Counted from the first letter of the stretch, positions 37,514 through 46,874 are shown. The stretch: 56,671 bases of DNA from an uncultured Aquificales bacterium (GCA_964411615.1 CAYPLO010000004.1:1-56671); one strand, 5' to 3'. A program made the numbers and translations. Notes: generated from the sequence alone by a model not told the origin.

Positions 37514-38361
37514 GCTACCGCTGTTACTATTGAGAACATGAGCAATATTGCATGGAATATTACACCTGTGTTTATGGATATGTCTTTTCCAAATCCCATT
37601 ATGACATAGGCTCCTGTCCAGCCTGCTTCAAAGGTTCCTATGCCTCCTATGCTGTGTATGGGAAGTACGGTGGTGAGTTCTGAAAAGCTTACCCCAAATA
37701 CCGACTGCCAGAAGTTTATTCTCATGCTTTGTGTTTTAAAGATACTTTTGGTTATGAAGTAGAACGATGTGTATTTTATTGTCCATATGAGTACGGAGGT
37801 TATGACTATTTGTGGTGCAAGTTTTATATGGGTTTTTATTGCATCAATCGTGGTTTTCAGTTTTTCTATTTTTTGAAATAGATTTATTGCAATTGTGAAG
37901 GCTATTGTTATTATTAACAGTAGTATTACTGTTGTTGTTATGTATTCCATTGCATTGTGTATGTTTGTAATGGTAAAAAAGGCTGATAGGATAAAGAACA
38001 CCGATATGCAGAACATGTCTGAAAGTCTAGCCCATATTAGAGCAGATGTCAGCAGAGATTTGGGATATTTGGCCTTAAGTAGATATATGAAGCTTAGTTC
38101 TCCCGTTCTTGCTGGATATATGTTGTTTGACATGGTGTGTAATGCCACCACCTTAAAGAGATGATATATGCTCTCATCTGGGAGAAATACCTTCCATCTA
38201 ATTGCTCTTGCTATAAAACTCAGAAGATACATTATGTAAGCTATTGCAAGATGACTGATGGATATGTCTTTTGCTGTTTTTTTTATGATACTCCAGTCTA
38301 TGTTGTAGAGGACTATTCCTAAGAAGATGAGGGTTGTTGCTATAATCGCCGGTCTTTTCAC
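37486..38361 (-). CDS. LPG-synthase-TM / flippase-like membrane protein
   Basis: RA.RW, N..PARTGE, R..D, P...GGIGTFE; polytopic. Confidence 0.82.
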   Translation of the reverse strand: MKRPAIIATTLIFLGIVLYNIDWSIIKKTAKDISISHLAIAYIMYLLSFIARAIRWKVFLPDESIYHLFKVVALHTMSNNIYPARTGELSFIYLLKAKYPKSLLTSALIWARLSDMFCISVFFILSAFFTITNIHNAMEYITTTVILLLIITIAFTIAINLFQKIEKLKTTIDAIKTHIKLAPQIVITSVLIWTIKYTSFYFITKSIFKTQSMRINFWQSVFGVSFSELTTVLPIHSIGGIGTFEAGWTGAYVIMGFGKDISINTGVIFHAILLMFSIVTAVACLVKNLKF

Positions 38362-39299
38362 CCTTGCTTTACTATCTTCCTCACGTAATATGGGGTCTTC
38401 TTTTGAGTCTCAAAGTAGGTTCTGATTATCAGCTCTCCCAGGATACCTAAGGATATGAGCTGTATGCCGGCAAGGATAAAAAGGGTGGAGATGATTAGTA
38501 GGGGCCTGTGTCCTATTGGGTTTCCGGTGAGTATCTTGTAAAGCACAAGGTATGAGAAGGGGATGATACCAGTGGCTAAGAGCAGTGAGCCTATACCACC
38601 AAATATCCTCATGGGTTTTGCCTTGTAAAATAGGAGAAATTTTATGACCATGAGGTCCAGTATCACCTTGAATATACGGGATAGACCGTATTTACTCTGG
38701 CCTCTGGTCCTGGGCCTGTGGTTTACGGGAATCTCTGCTATGCTGCATCCAAGCTCTGATGCAAGTGCAGGTATGAACCTGTGCTGTTCTCCGTAAAGGT
38801 GTAGGTCTTCCAATATCTCCCTACGGTAGGCTTTGAGGCTGCATCCGTAGTCGTGGAGTCTGACTCCCGTGGCCCAGGAGATGAGGAGATTGGCCACCCT
38901 TGAGGGAAACACCCTGCTCCAGTAAGGGTCTTTTCTATCCTTCCTCCAGCCGCTGACTATGTCGTATCCCTCTTCCAGCTTCTCAAGTATCCTGGGAATA
39001 TCCTTTGGGTCGTTCTGGAGGTCTCCATCCATCGTGATGATGATATCTCCCCTTGCCTGGTGGAATCCGGCGGACATGGCTGCTGTCTGGCCAAAGTTCC
39101 TTCTGAGGTGGACTACGGTCACTGTGCCATCCTTCTCTGCTATCTCATCTAGCAGTTCTGTGCTACCGTCGGTTGAGCCGTCGTTGATGAAGATTATCTC
39201 ATAGTCTCTTCCGAGTTCCTCCATAACAGCTTTGAGTTCCTGGTAGAGTGGCTCTATGTTTTCCCGTTCGTTGTATATGGGTATGACCACCGAGACCAT
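38358..39299 (-). CDS. GT2 polyprenyl-phosphate glycosyltransferase (ArnC/GtrB/DPM1-like)
   Basis: IPIYNE, DGSTDGS, RNFGQ, MDGDLQNDP, HRFIP; two C-terminal TM helices. Confidence 0.9.
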   Translation of the reverse strand: MVSVVIPIYNERENIEPLYQELKAVMEELGRDYEIIFINDGSTDGSTELLDEIAEKDGTVTVVHLRRNFGQTAAMSAGFHQARGDIIITMDGDLQNDPKDIPRILEKLEEGYDIVSGWRKDRKDPYWSRVFPSRVANLLISWATGVRLHDYGCSLKAYRREILEDLHLYGEQHRFIPALASELGCSIAEIPVNHRPRTRGQSKYGLSRIFKVILDLMVIKFLLFYKAKPMRIFGGIGSLLLATGIIPFSYLVLYKILTGNPIGHRPLLIISTLFILAGIQLISLGILGELIIRTYFETQKKTPYYVRKIVKQG

Positions 39300-39309
39300 G
39301 GGCCTCCTT

Positions 39310-39807
39310 TTACCTCAGTATGGCGCATGTGGCAATAAAGATGACGGTGTCCACACAGACCTTAATCACGCCCAAAGTCAGAACAGTGTGCTGGTTCAGG
39401 GTTATGCCCATAACTGAAATTGTGAGGTACTTTACGAACACATCCAGGGCGAAGATGATTATAGCAAAGGGTATCTGCAGGTATACGTTGGCTATCTCTA
39501 TCTTGCTTGAGGCTATGTTGGCTATTCCGGCTACCGTCAGCTTTGAAAGTCCATTGACTCCTATAACGGTACCAGAAAAGATATCCTCTGCAAGTCCGCC
39601 CAGCCAGGCCCAGAAGAGGAGGGGAACTCCTGATACGCCCTGTCTCAGCAGGATGAAGGCCAGGAATATGGAGAATACGTCCATATACTTTGAGGCTGCA
39701 CTTTCGTAGAGCAGAAGGGCCATCACCCTCAACACAAGGAAGAATACGAAGATGTTTACTATCTGGAATCTTCCATTCTTTCTCTTTTTAGCTCTTCTTT
39801 TTGCCAA
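39310..39807 (-). CDS. mreD: Rod shape-determining protein MreD
   Basis: Small polytopic protein with GL.ED......G...L, directly after mreC. Confidence 0.75.
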   Translation of the reverse strand: MAKRRAKKRKNGRFQIVNIFVFFLVLRVMALLLYESAASKYMDVFSIFLAFILLRQGVSGVPLLFWAWLGGLAEDIFSGTVIGVNGLSKLTVAGIANIASSKIEIANVYLQIPFAIIIFALDVFVKYLTISVMGITLNQHTVLTLGVIKVCVDTVIFIATCAILR

Positions 39808-40591
39808 AGGGATACTCTCCCATTATGAGTACGAACCTGTTGTTCTCAAGTCTGTCTGTGGGTAAGGCTTTTATCTTCAGAAACTTCTCCTCCACACTTC
39901 TCTGAACGCTTATTACCCTGCCCACATATAGGCCTGGAGGGAATACTCCTCCTATGCCTGTTGAGACGAGTATGTCTCCTACTTTGATGTCCATTGATGG
40001 TAGTATATAGTCCAGAATTAGATTTTTGCCGTCTCCTCTTGCAACTCCTCTCACTTTTGAGCGGTAGTCTTCAACGTGTATGGAGAACTCCGGGTCCACA
40101 TTACTTATGGCTATGCAGTGGTCTTTGAACACTTCTTTTACGAGTCCAACTATCCCTCCCGTTCCCACAACTGCCATGCCCTTCCTCACTCCGTCTATTT
40201 CTCCCTTGTTCAAGATGAATCTGAACTCCCAGTACTCCCCCGTCCATCCTATAACCCTGGCGGGTATGGTTATGGTTCTGGTATGTCTCTTTATCCCGAG
40301 AAGGGTCTTGAGTTTGAGGTTTTCGGTTCTCAGGAAGGAGAGGCTTCTCAGTTCCCGCCTCAGTCTGAGAACTTCCCCTTTTAGCCTCTGGTTCTCCTCA
40401 AGGGCCCTGTTCGCCTCAACGATTGAGCTTATGGTCTTTCCCCCCTGATGTCTTATCTGGTTGAAGAGGGTTATGAGGCTGCTGGATATGTCCTGGGGAA
40501 GGCGTGTTATGGTGTTGACCTTCCTTCCCGTGGTTATCAGTGCTACGTCTATGAGCAGCAGAAGGATGAATACTGCTATGGACCTTCTCAA
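39788..40591 (-). CDS. mreC: Rod shape-determining protein MreC
   Basis: N-terminal TM, EN..LK coiled coil, KG..DGV..GM.V, TG.GG.FPPGL.VG.V. Confidence 0.92.
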   Translation of the reverse strand: MRRSIAVFILLLLIDVALITTGRKVNTITRLPQDISSSLITLFNQIRHQGGKTISSIVEANRALEENQRLKGEVLRLRRELRSLSFLRTENLKLKTLLGIKRHTRTITIPARVIGWTGEYWEFRFILNKGEIDGVRKGMAVVGTGGIVGLVKEVFKDHCIAISNVDPEFSIHVEDYRSKVRGVARGDGKNLILDYILPSMDIKVGDILVSTGIGGVFPPGLYVGRVISVQRSVEEKFLKIKALPTDRLENNRFVLIMGEYPFGKKKS

Positions 40592-41613
40592 GCTACGGAT
40601 ATCCTCTTAAGGAGCGACAGATGGTCAAGGACCTTGCCTGCACCCTTCACCACACAGGTCAGGGGGTCTTCCGCTATTATCACCGGAAGGTGTGTCCTTT
40701 CCGATATGAGCCTGTCCAGACCTGGTAACAGTGCCCCCCCGCCGGCGAGCACTATTCCCCTTTCCGCCAAATCCGCTGAGAGTTCAGGTGGCGCCTTCTC
40801 AAGGGACTCCTTCACAGCCGTAACTATCTTGGAGACGGTATCGGCTATGGCCTCCCTCACCTCTGAGGAGGTTATCTTCACTGTGGCGGGTATCCCCTCG
40901 GTTAGGTCCCTCCCCTTGACCTCTATCTCCCCCTCTTTGTCCGCTTCCGGATGGGCCGATGCCATGGATATCTTTATCTTCTCGGCGGTCTTCTCTCCTA
41001 TCACGAGGTTGTACTTCCTCTTTATGTACTGGACTATGGCCTCGTCCAGCTCATCCCCGGCTATCCTAAGGGAGTGGCTGTAGACTATCCCTGAGAGAGA
41101 GATTATGGCTATCTCTGTGGTTCCGCCACCTATGTCCACAATCATGTTTCCCACGGGCTCCTGGACGGGAAGCCCCGCTCCTATGGCTGCCGCCATGGGC
41201 TGCTCTATAAGGTAAACCTCCCTCGCCCCTGCCGATAGGGCAGAGTCTATAACCGCCTTCTTCTCCACCTGGGTGATGCCTGATGGTATGGCCACAACTA
41301 TCCTGGGCCTGACGAAGCTCTTCCTGTTGTGGACCTTTCTTATGAAGTGGGATAGCATAGCCTCTGTCACTTCAAAGTCCGTTATTACGCCGTCTCTGAG
41401 GGGCCTTATTGATACTATGTGGCCTGGGGTTTTGCCCAGCATCTTCTTGGCCTCTTCCCCTACGGCCAGGATGGTGTTGCTCTCCTTGTCTATGGCGACC
41501 ACAGAGGGTTCCCTGAGCACTATCCCTTTGCCCTTCACGTAGACCAGGGTATTGGCGGTTCCCAGATCTATTGCAAGGTCCTTGGAGAAAAGCCCCAGGA
41601 TTCTGTCTAACAT
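40588..41613 (-). CDS. mreB: Rod shape-determining protein MreB
   Basis: AIDLGTANT, EPSVVA, DIGGGTTE, GGGALL; ATG at 41613 after AGGAGG. Confidence 0.97.
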   Translation of the reverse strand: MLDRILGLFSKDLAIDLGTANTLVYVKGKGIVLREPSVVAIDKESNTILAVGEEAKKMLGKTPGHIVSIRPLRDGVITDFEVTEAMLSHFIRKVHNRKSFVRPRIVVAIPSGITQVEKKAVIDSALSAGAREVYLIEQPMAAAIGAGLPVQEPVGNMIVDIGGGTTEIAIISLSGIVYSHSLRIAGDELDEAIVQYIKRKYNLVIGEKTAEKIKISMASAHPEADKEGEIEVKGRDLTEGIPATVKITSSEVREAIADTVSKIVTAVKESLEKAPPELSADLAERGIVLAGGGALLPGLDRLISERTHLPVIIAEDPLTCVVKGAGKVLDHLSLLKRISVA

Positions 41614-41644
41614 CTCTCCTCCTTCAGGATGGGAAGATGGTGCA

Positions 41645-41718
41645 CGCCCCCGGGGTGACTTGAACACCCGACCTACGGCTCCGGAGGCCGTCGCTCTGTC
41701 CAGCTGAGCTACGGGGGC
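41645..41718 (-). tRNA. tRNA-Arg(CCG)
   Basis: Cloverleaf: acceptor GCCCCCG/CGGGGGC, D arm GCTC/GAGC, anticodon arm ACGGC-CTCCGGA-GCCGT, T arm GGGTG-TTCAAGT-CACCC, discriminator G. Confidence 0.96.
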
Positions 41719-41736
41719 TTATATCTTGACTTTGAA

Positions 41737-41764
41737 AGTATAACCTGTTGAATTTGGGTGTCAA
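41737..41764 (-). promoter_or_regulatory. Sigma70 promoter for tRNA-Arg/mreBCD
   Basis: Minus strand TTGACA-N16-TATACT, 18 nt upstream of the tRNA 5' end. Confidence 0.75.
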
Positions 41765-41767
41765 GCC

Positions 41768-42949
41768 ATGGGGAGGCTCGTACTCAAGAAGCGCTTCGTC
41801 AACCGGGTAAAGGACGGATATCCCTGGATATACAGGGAGTGGGTTAAGGATGCCGAAGGGGTGGAGAGCGGCAGTGTGGCTAAGGTATGCTCTCCCACGG
41901 GTAGGTTTCTGGGAATGGCCTATGTTAACTTGGACTCCTATATAGTGGGACGCATCTATTCTAAGGAAGAGGAGCCTCTAAATAAGTCCCTTGTGGTGAA
42001 GAGGCTTGAGGATGCCATAGCCCTCAGGGATAAGCTGAACATACCTTCATCTGCCTTCAGGGTGCTCTTCAGTGAAGCGGATGGTCTTCCCGGGCTTGTT
42101 GTTGACTGGTACTCGGGGGTTGTTGTCTTTCAGATACTCACCTTGGGGCTGGAGAGGATAAGGGAGGAGATAGTTGATGCCATAAGGGAGGTTCTGAGCC
42201 CCAGGGCCTTGGTTGAGAGGAGGGATGCGCCTGGTAGGCACCTTGAGGGCCTGGATGTTGAAAGGGCCGTTGTCCATTTCGGTTCCAAGTGGATTGAGCA
42301 CGGGAAGGTTCGTATAGAGGAGAACGGGCTCAAGTTCTGGGTGGATGTGTTTCACGGGCACAAGACGGGCCACTATCTTGACCAGAGGGATAACAGGGCT
42401 GAGGTGGCCAGGCTTTGCACCGGGAAGAGGGTGCTGGACTGTTTCTGCAATACTGGGGGATTTGGCATAACATGCGCCGCTTCGGGTGCCGAGGAGGTGC
42501 TGGGCATAGATATATCGGAGAAGATGCTGGAGCTTGCTGCAGATAACGCATCTATCAACGGGGTTGAGGGTAAGGTCACTTTTGTGAAGGGAAACGTGTT
42601 TGATGAGCTGAGAACCCTTGTGAGAAGGGGAAGGGAGTTTGATGTTGTGATTCTGGACCCTCCCTCCTTCACTAAATCACGAAAGACCCTTGAGAACGCC
42701 TTGAGGGGATACAAGGATATCAACGTTAACGCCTTGAAGCTGGTGAAGAGAGGGGGATTTCTCATCACCGCCTCCTGTTCCCACCATGTTACGCTGGATA
42801 TCTTTATGGGCGTGGTTCAGGATGCCCTGAGGGATACGGGCAGGGATGCTCGTATAGTCTCAATAAGGTTCCAGGCTCCAGACCATCCCGTTATCCCCCA
42901 GATGCCTGAGTCTCTGTATCTCAAATTGCTCATCATGGAGGTTCACTGA
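41768..42949 (+). CDS. rlmI: RlmI-like 23S rRNA m5C methyltransferase (PUA + class I MTase)
   Basis: GYPWIY, SEADGLPGLVVD, GHKTG.YLDQR.NR, LDPPSF, DHP...PES.YLK. Confidence 0.82.
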   Translation: MGRLVLKKRFVNRVKDGYPWIYREWVKDAEGVESGSVAKVCSPTGRFLGMAYVNLDSYIVGRIYSKEEEPLNKSLVVKRLEDAIALRDKLNIPSSAFRVLFSEADGLPGLVVDWYSGVVVFQILTLGLERIREEIVDAIREVLSPRALVERRDAPGRHLEGLDVERAVVHFGSKWIEHGKVRIEENGLKFWVDVFHGHKTGHYLDQRDNRAEVARLCTGKRVLDCFCNTGGFGITCAASGAEEVLGIDISEKMLELAADNASINGVEGKVTFVKGNVFDELRTLVRRGREFDVVILDPPSFTKSRKTLENALRGYKDINVNALKLVKRGGFLITASCSHHVTLDIFMGVVQDALRDTGRDARIVSIRFQAPDHPVIPQMPESLYLKLLIMEVH

Positions 42950-42950
42950 G

Positions 42951-43574
42951 TTGTTTACCGGCCTTGTGCAGAGGGTTGGAAGGCTGGAAAGGCTCGTTCC
43001 CATGGGCAGAGGTTACAGGCTGACGGTCCTTGTTGACCATAACTGGCGGGACCTGGAGATTGGGGAGAGTATCGCCGTGAATGGAGCCTGTCTCACCCTT
43101 GTGGACTTCTCCGAGGAGAGGCTGGTGTTTGACGTTTCTCCTGAAACTGCTGAGAGGACCACCATCCCCAGACTCCCTTCGGGAAGGCCCGTTAACCTTG
43201 AGAGGGCCCTGAGGCTTTCGGATAGGCTTGGAGGCCATATAGTTCTCGGCCATGTTGATGGGGTGGGGGAGGTGGCCTTTGTGAAGAAGGAGGTGGATTT
43301 TTACAGGTTTGGATTCAGGATTCCTGAGGATTTGACCAGGTATGTGGCTGTTAAGGGTTCCATCGCTATAGACGGGATAAGCCTTACCGTGGCCGATAGG
43401 TCCGGGTCGCTGGTGGAGGTGGCTGTAATTCCCCACACCTTCTCATCTACCAACCTGTCCCACCTGAGGCCACAGGATTTGGTGAATATTGAGGTTGACG
43501 TCATAGCCAGATACGTTGAGTCCCTAATGGGTGAAGGTAAAAAGAGTTTGAAGGAGATGCTGGAGGAGTGGTGA
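42951..43574 (+). CDS. ribE: Riboflavin synthase (alpha chain)
   Basis: MFTGLV N-terminus, SIAVNGACLT, VNLERAL, GGHIV.GHVD, KGSIAIDGISLT. Confidence 0.95.
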   Translation: MFTGLVQRVGRLERLVPMGRGYRLTVLVDHNWRDLEIGESIAVNGACLTLVDFSEERLVFDVSPETAERTTIPRLPSGRPVNLERALRLSDRLGGHIVLGHVDGVGEVAFVKKEVDFYRFGFRIPEDLTRYVAVKGSIAIDGISLTVADRSGSLVEVAVIPHTFSSTNLSHLRPQDLVNIEVDVIARYVESLMGEGKKSLKEMLEEW

Positions 43575-44644
43575 TGGAGGAATGGCTTGAGGGTGTTGTA
43601 AGGGAGATAAAGCCGGTCTCTGATGAGCTTCTCAAAGAAGCACAGGAAAGGCTTGACAATCTCACCAAGCCCAAAGGCAGCCTCGGTAGGCTGGAGGAGC
43701 TGGGTAAGAGGTTTGTTGCCATAAGGGGAGACCTGGAGGAGAGGGTTGTTGGAAAGCTGGTCTTCGTATTCGCCTGTGACCACGGGGTTGCCGAGGAGGG
43801 GGTTAGCGCCTTTCCCAAGGAGGTGACCCAGCAGATGGTTCTGAACTTCCTCAACGGAGGTGCCGGTATAAACGTCATATCCCGGTTTGCCGGGGCCCAT
43901 GTGAAGGTGGTGGATGTGGGGGTGGATGCCGACCTGTCCCATCTTGAGTCCAGGGGTCTTGTGATAAGGAAGGTGGGATACGGCACGCAGAATATAGCGA
44001 AGGGGCCTGCCATGACTAAAGAACAGGCCCTTGAGTCCATAAAGGTAGGGTATGAGCTGCTGAAGGAGGCGGTCTCTGAGGGTTACAACCTATTTGCCGT
44101 TGGTGAGATGGGGATAGGCAACACCACCCCCTCAAGTGCCATATACGCCGTTATGACGGGTAAGCCCGTTGAAAAGGTTACCGGTAGAGGGACGGGCATA
44201 GACGATGAGGCTCTCAAGAGGAAGATAAGTGTGGTTAAAAGGGCCATAGAGGTGAATAGGCCCGACCCTTCCGACCCTGTGGATGTGCTGGCTAAGGTTG
44301 GTGGCTTTGAGATAGGGGCCATGATGGGTGTTATGCTGGCTGGTGCCCACTTAGGGTATCCCGTTGTGGTGGACGGTTTCATATCCACCGCCTCTGCCCT
44401 TCTGGCCGTTGCCCTCAAGAAGGAGGTTAAGGACTACCTCATCTTTGCCCACAGGTCTGAGGCCTATGGCCACGAAGTTGTGCTTGAGCACCTCGGTGTC
44501 TCACCGTTGCTGGACTTGAAGATGAGGCTGGGTGAGGGGACAGGAGCTGTTATAGGTATGTGGCTGGTCCACTTAGGCGAGAAGATACTGCACGAGATGG
44601 CCACCTTTGAGTCTGCCTCTGTCTCCAAGGGACAGGAGGTGTGA
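43574..44644 (+). CDS. cobT: Nicotinate-nucleotide-dimethylbenzimidazole phosphoribosyltransferase
   Basis: LTKPKGSLGRLE, DHGV, GEMGIGNTT, VDGFI, MRLGEGTG, MATF. Confidence 0.96.
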   Translation: MEEWLEGVVREIKPVSDELLKEAQERLDNLTKPKGSLGRLEELGKRFVAIRGDLEERVVGKLVFVFACDHGVAEEGVSAFPKEVTQQMVLNFLNGGAGINVISRFAGAHVKVVDVGVDADLSHLESRGLVIRKVGYGTQNIAKGPAMTKEQALESIKVGYELLKEAVSEGYNLFAVGEMGIGNTTPSSAIYAVMTGKPVEKVTGRGTGIDDEALKRKISVVKRAIEVNRPDPSDPVDVLAKVGGFEIGAMMGVMLAGAHLGYPVVVDGFISTASALLAVALKKEVKDYLIFAHRSEAYGHEVVLEHLGVSPLLDLKMRLGEGTGAVIGMWLVHLGEKILHEMATFESASVSKGQEV

Positions 44645-45543
44645 ACCTACATCACAGGGCACTGATTCTGGGCGGGGCCTTCCTGCTGGATATGCTACTG
44701 AAGGACCCCAATTATCCCTTGCATCCTGTGAGGGTTGTAGGGGGCAGTATCGGCTATGCCGAATCCCTCTTTTATAGAAGAGGGACGAGACTTGAGGGGT
44801 TTGCAACCTATCTTTTGGTGGCATCATTCTGGATGTGCTTGGGATATGTACTTGACAAGTGGTGGGTGGCCCATCTCTTCTTCCTCTACAGCTTCATAGC
44901 TCCCTCTCAGCTCTGGAAGGAGGTGGTTTCTGTTGCCCGGTGTCTGGAGAGGGGGGATATAACAGGTGCCAGGGGCCGCCTCGGTATGCTCATGACCAGG
45001 GATACCACCTGCCTGTCCGGTGAGGATGCTGTAAGGTGTGCCCTTGAGACCCTGGCGGAGAATACCTCTGATGCCTTCTTTGGTCCCGCTCTTGCCTACC
45101 TTGTTGGTGGCCTTCCACTTCTTTTCCTCTACAAAGCCACCGAGACCGGAGATTCCATGGTGGGCTACAGAAACGAAAGGTACAGACACTTTGGCTTCTT
45201 CTTCGCTAAGGCCGACGATGTACTGAATCTTATCCCCGCCAGGCTATGTTTCCTCTTCTGCTGTTTGGGGGCTTTGGTTCTCGGCCTTGACTGGAGGGGT
45301 AGCCTTCGGCTTGTAAGATACGCCCCAATGAGGGAGAGCCCTAACGCCGGATGGCCCGAGGCCGCCTTTGCAGGTGCTCTGGGGGTTATGCTGGGGGGAG
45401 TTTACAGCTACTTTGGCAGAGAGGTATTCAAGTTTCCCATAGGGGAGGATAGGGAGACTCCAACCTGCATACATATATACAGGGGAGTTGCCCTCAGCGC
45501 AGTCTCCTGCGTTATGTTTGTGCTTTCCGTTATGATATTATGA
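44641..45543 (+). CDS. cbiB: Adenosylcobinamide-phosphate synthase CbiB
   Basis: DP...HPV, RDT, E..AEN.SD, DSMVGY, DDVLN.IPAR, SPNAGWPEAA. Confidence 0.92.
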   Translation: MNLHHRALILGGAFLLDMLLKDPNYPLHPVRVVGGSIGYAESLFYRRGTRLEGFATYLLVASFWMCLGYVLDKWWVAHLFFLYSFIAPSQLWKEVVSVARCLERGDITGARGRLGMLMTRDTTCLSGEDAVRCALETLAENTSDAFFGPALAYLVGGLPLLFLYKATETGDSMVGYRNERYRHFGFFFAKADDVLNLIPARLCFLFCCLGALVLGLDWRGSLRLVRYAPMRESPNAGWPEAAFAGALGVMLGGVYSYFGREVFKFPIGEDRETPTCIHIYRGVALSAVSCVMFVLSVMIL

Positions 45544-46336
45544 TGCCGGCGTAGCCCACCACCTGCTGGTAGTCTCCTGTGACATCTCCCGATGTCATGT
45601 ACTTTACCAGCTCAGCCTTCTGGGCACCCAGCTCTATGGCGGCGCACAGAACCGATACGGTGGGCATAACACCGCACATGGTTATTCCATGTTCCCTCAC
45701 AACCTTGTACAGCTCCGTGGGGTTCAGTCTGAGTATGGCGGATATGGCGAGCTCGTCCTTCCTTGCCGCAGACTGCTGGGGTTCGTAATGGGTGAAGTCG
45801 GTGCTTGCCACAAGCAGCGCGTCCCTTCCCAGCTCTATGATGGAGCGTGCTATTGCCAGTCCTAAGTCCACACAGGCGTTGAAGTTGTGGGTTCCTATAA
45901 CTATGGGCACTATCTTTATGTCCCTTCTGAAGTACTGGATGATGGGTATCTGAACCTCAACGGAGTGCTCCGCCAGATGGGCCGTCTCATCCGGCTCTGC
46001 GTACTGGCTGTTCTCCACTATCTTGGATGCAAGTTCCTCGTCTATAGGCACATCCCCAAGCGGCATGGCCCATACTCCCTTATCCATAACCGAGATGGGG
46101 GCTCCCACTCCTGTATGATTGGGACCGGCTATGACTACGGTGTCGGGAATGATAACCCTTGAGAAGAGCTCAGCGGCAACGTATCCAGAGTACATGTACC
46201 CTGCATGGGGGGATACCACCGCCTTGGCCTTTATAGGCTTTGCAGAGCTTCTGGGGGAGATATGCTGAATCATCTCCAAGAGTCTTACGGGGTCCTTGGG
46301 GTAGAAATAGCCTGCAACGGCCGGTCTCCTGACCAT
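45530..46336 (-). CDS. amrB: AmmeMemoRadiSam system protein B (MEMO1 family)
   Basis: RRPAVAG.FYP, PHAGYMYSG, GPNH, EHS.EVQ, STDFTHY, MCG, VVGYAG. Confidence 0.93.
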   Translation of the reverse strand: MVRRPAVAGYFYPKDPVRLLEMIQHISPRSSAKPIKAKAVVSPHAGYMYSGYVAAELFSRVIIPDTVVIAGPNHTGVGAPISVMDKGVWAMPLGDVPIDEELASKIVENSQYAEPDETAHLAEHSVEVQIPIIQYFRRDIKIVPIVIGTHNFNACVDLGLAIARSIIELGRDALLVASTDFTHYEPQQSAARKDELAISAILRLNPTELYKVVREHGITMCGVMPTVSVLCAAIELGAQKAELVKYMTSGDVTGDYQQVVGYAGIIIS

Positions 46337-46340
46337 GGCA

Positions 46341-46874
46341 TCACCTTCCCGTGAAGTTGCCCAGAAGAAATCCTCTGCTTAAAAATTTATGCTTGAACTT
46401 GCCCGGTGACAACTGTATCACAACCTCACTGGTCCTTTTGAGTATCGGGTAGGTTACCCCCTTCTCCATAGCCTTCTCACTGGATGGGAAGAAGCTGGTA
46501 ACGACGATGAAGGCCACTGTGGCTATGAGAAGTCCCTTGGCGGCACCGAAGGCCAACCCCAGTATCCTGTCCAGTGTCTTGAGGTGCAGTGCCGACACCA
46601 CCGCAAGGAGCATCCTCTCTATGATGAAGAAGACCAGAAGCACCCCTATGTAAACTAGTATGAAGCTCACAAACTTCCCGTAGGGCTGGTACTGTTTGGG
46701 AAAGATGCCACCGATGGTGGAGTGGACTGCGGGGTAGAACCTGAAGGATGCCACTATGGCGACCACGTGGCTTGCTATGCTGAAGAGCTCCCTTATGAGC
46801 CCCTTGAGCAGTCCGAGCACTCCAAAGACAGCGACAAGCCCTATAACCACCCAGTCCATAGGTGTTAAAACCAT
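46341..46874 (-). CDS. cvpA: CvpA-family membrane protein
   Basis: D..........G..KGLIRE, LDR.LG..FG..KG. Confidence 0.85.
   Translation of the reverse strand: MVLTPMDWVVIGLVAVFGVLGLLKGLIRELFSIASHVVAIVASFRFYPAVHSTIGGIFPKQYQPYGKFVSFILVYIGVLLVFFIIERMLLAVVSALHLKTLDRILGLAFGAAKGLLIATVAFIVVTSFFPSSEKAMEKGVTYPILKRTSEVVIQLSPGKFKHKFLSRGFLLGNFTGR

Larger units (their letters stand above)
29410..38400. other. AT-rich surface-glycan island (boundaries approximate)
   Basis: Sample line 33001-33060 has 15/60 G+C versus 35/60 at 3001-3060. The shift starts in the LysR 3' end and fades within the GT2 gene. Confidence 0.85.

Noticed and set aside
38277..38284. T8 and other homopolymers in the glycan island as phase-variation tracts
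   Set aside because: They are short, expected at this AT content, and all frames are intact.
41614..41667. Longer mreB start in the ORF track
   Set aside because: It overlaps the tRNA. The ATG at 41613 has a strong SD.
41645..41670. tRNA 3' end as an attachment site for the AT-rich island
   Set aside because: No duplicated tRNA fragment or integrase was seen, and core mreBCD lies between the tRNA and the island.
42950..45543. FMN or cobalamin riboswitch ahead of ribE/cobT/cbiB
   Set aside because: The genes abut or overlap, leaving no leader sequence.
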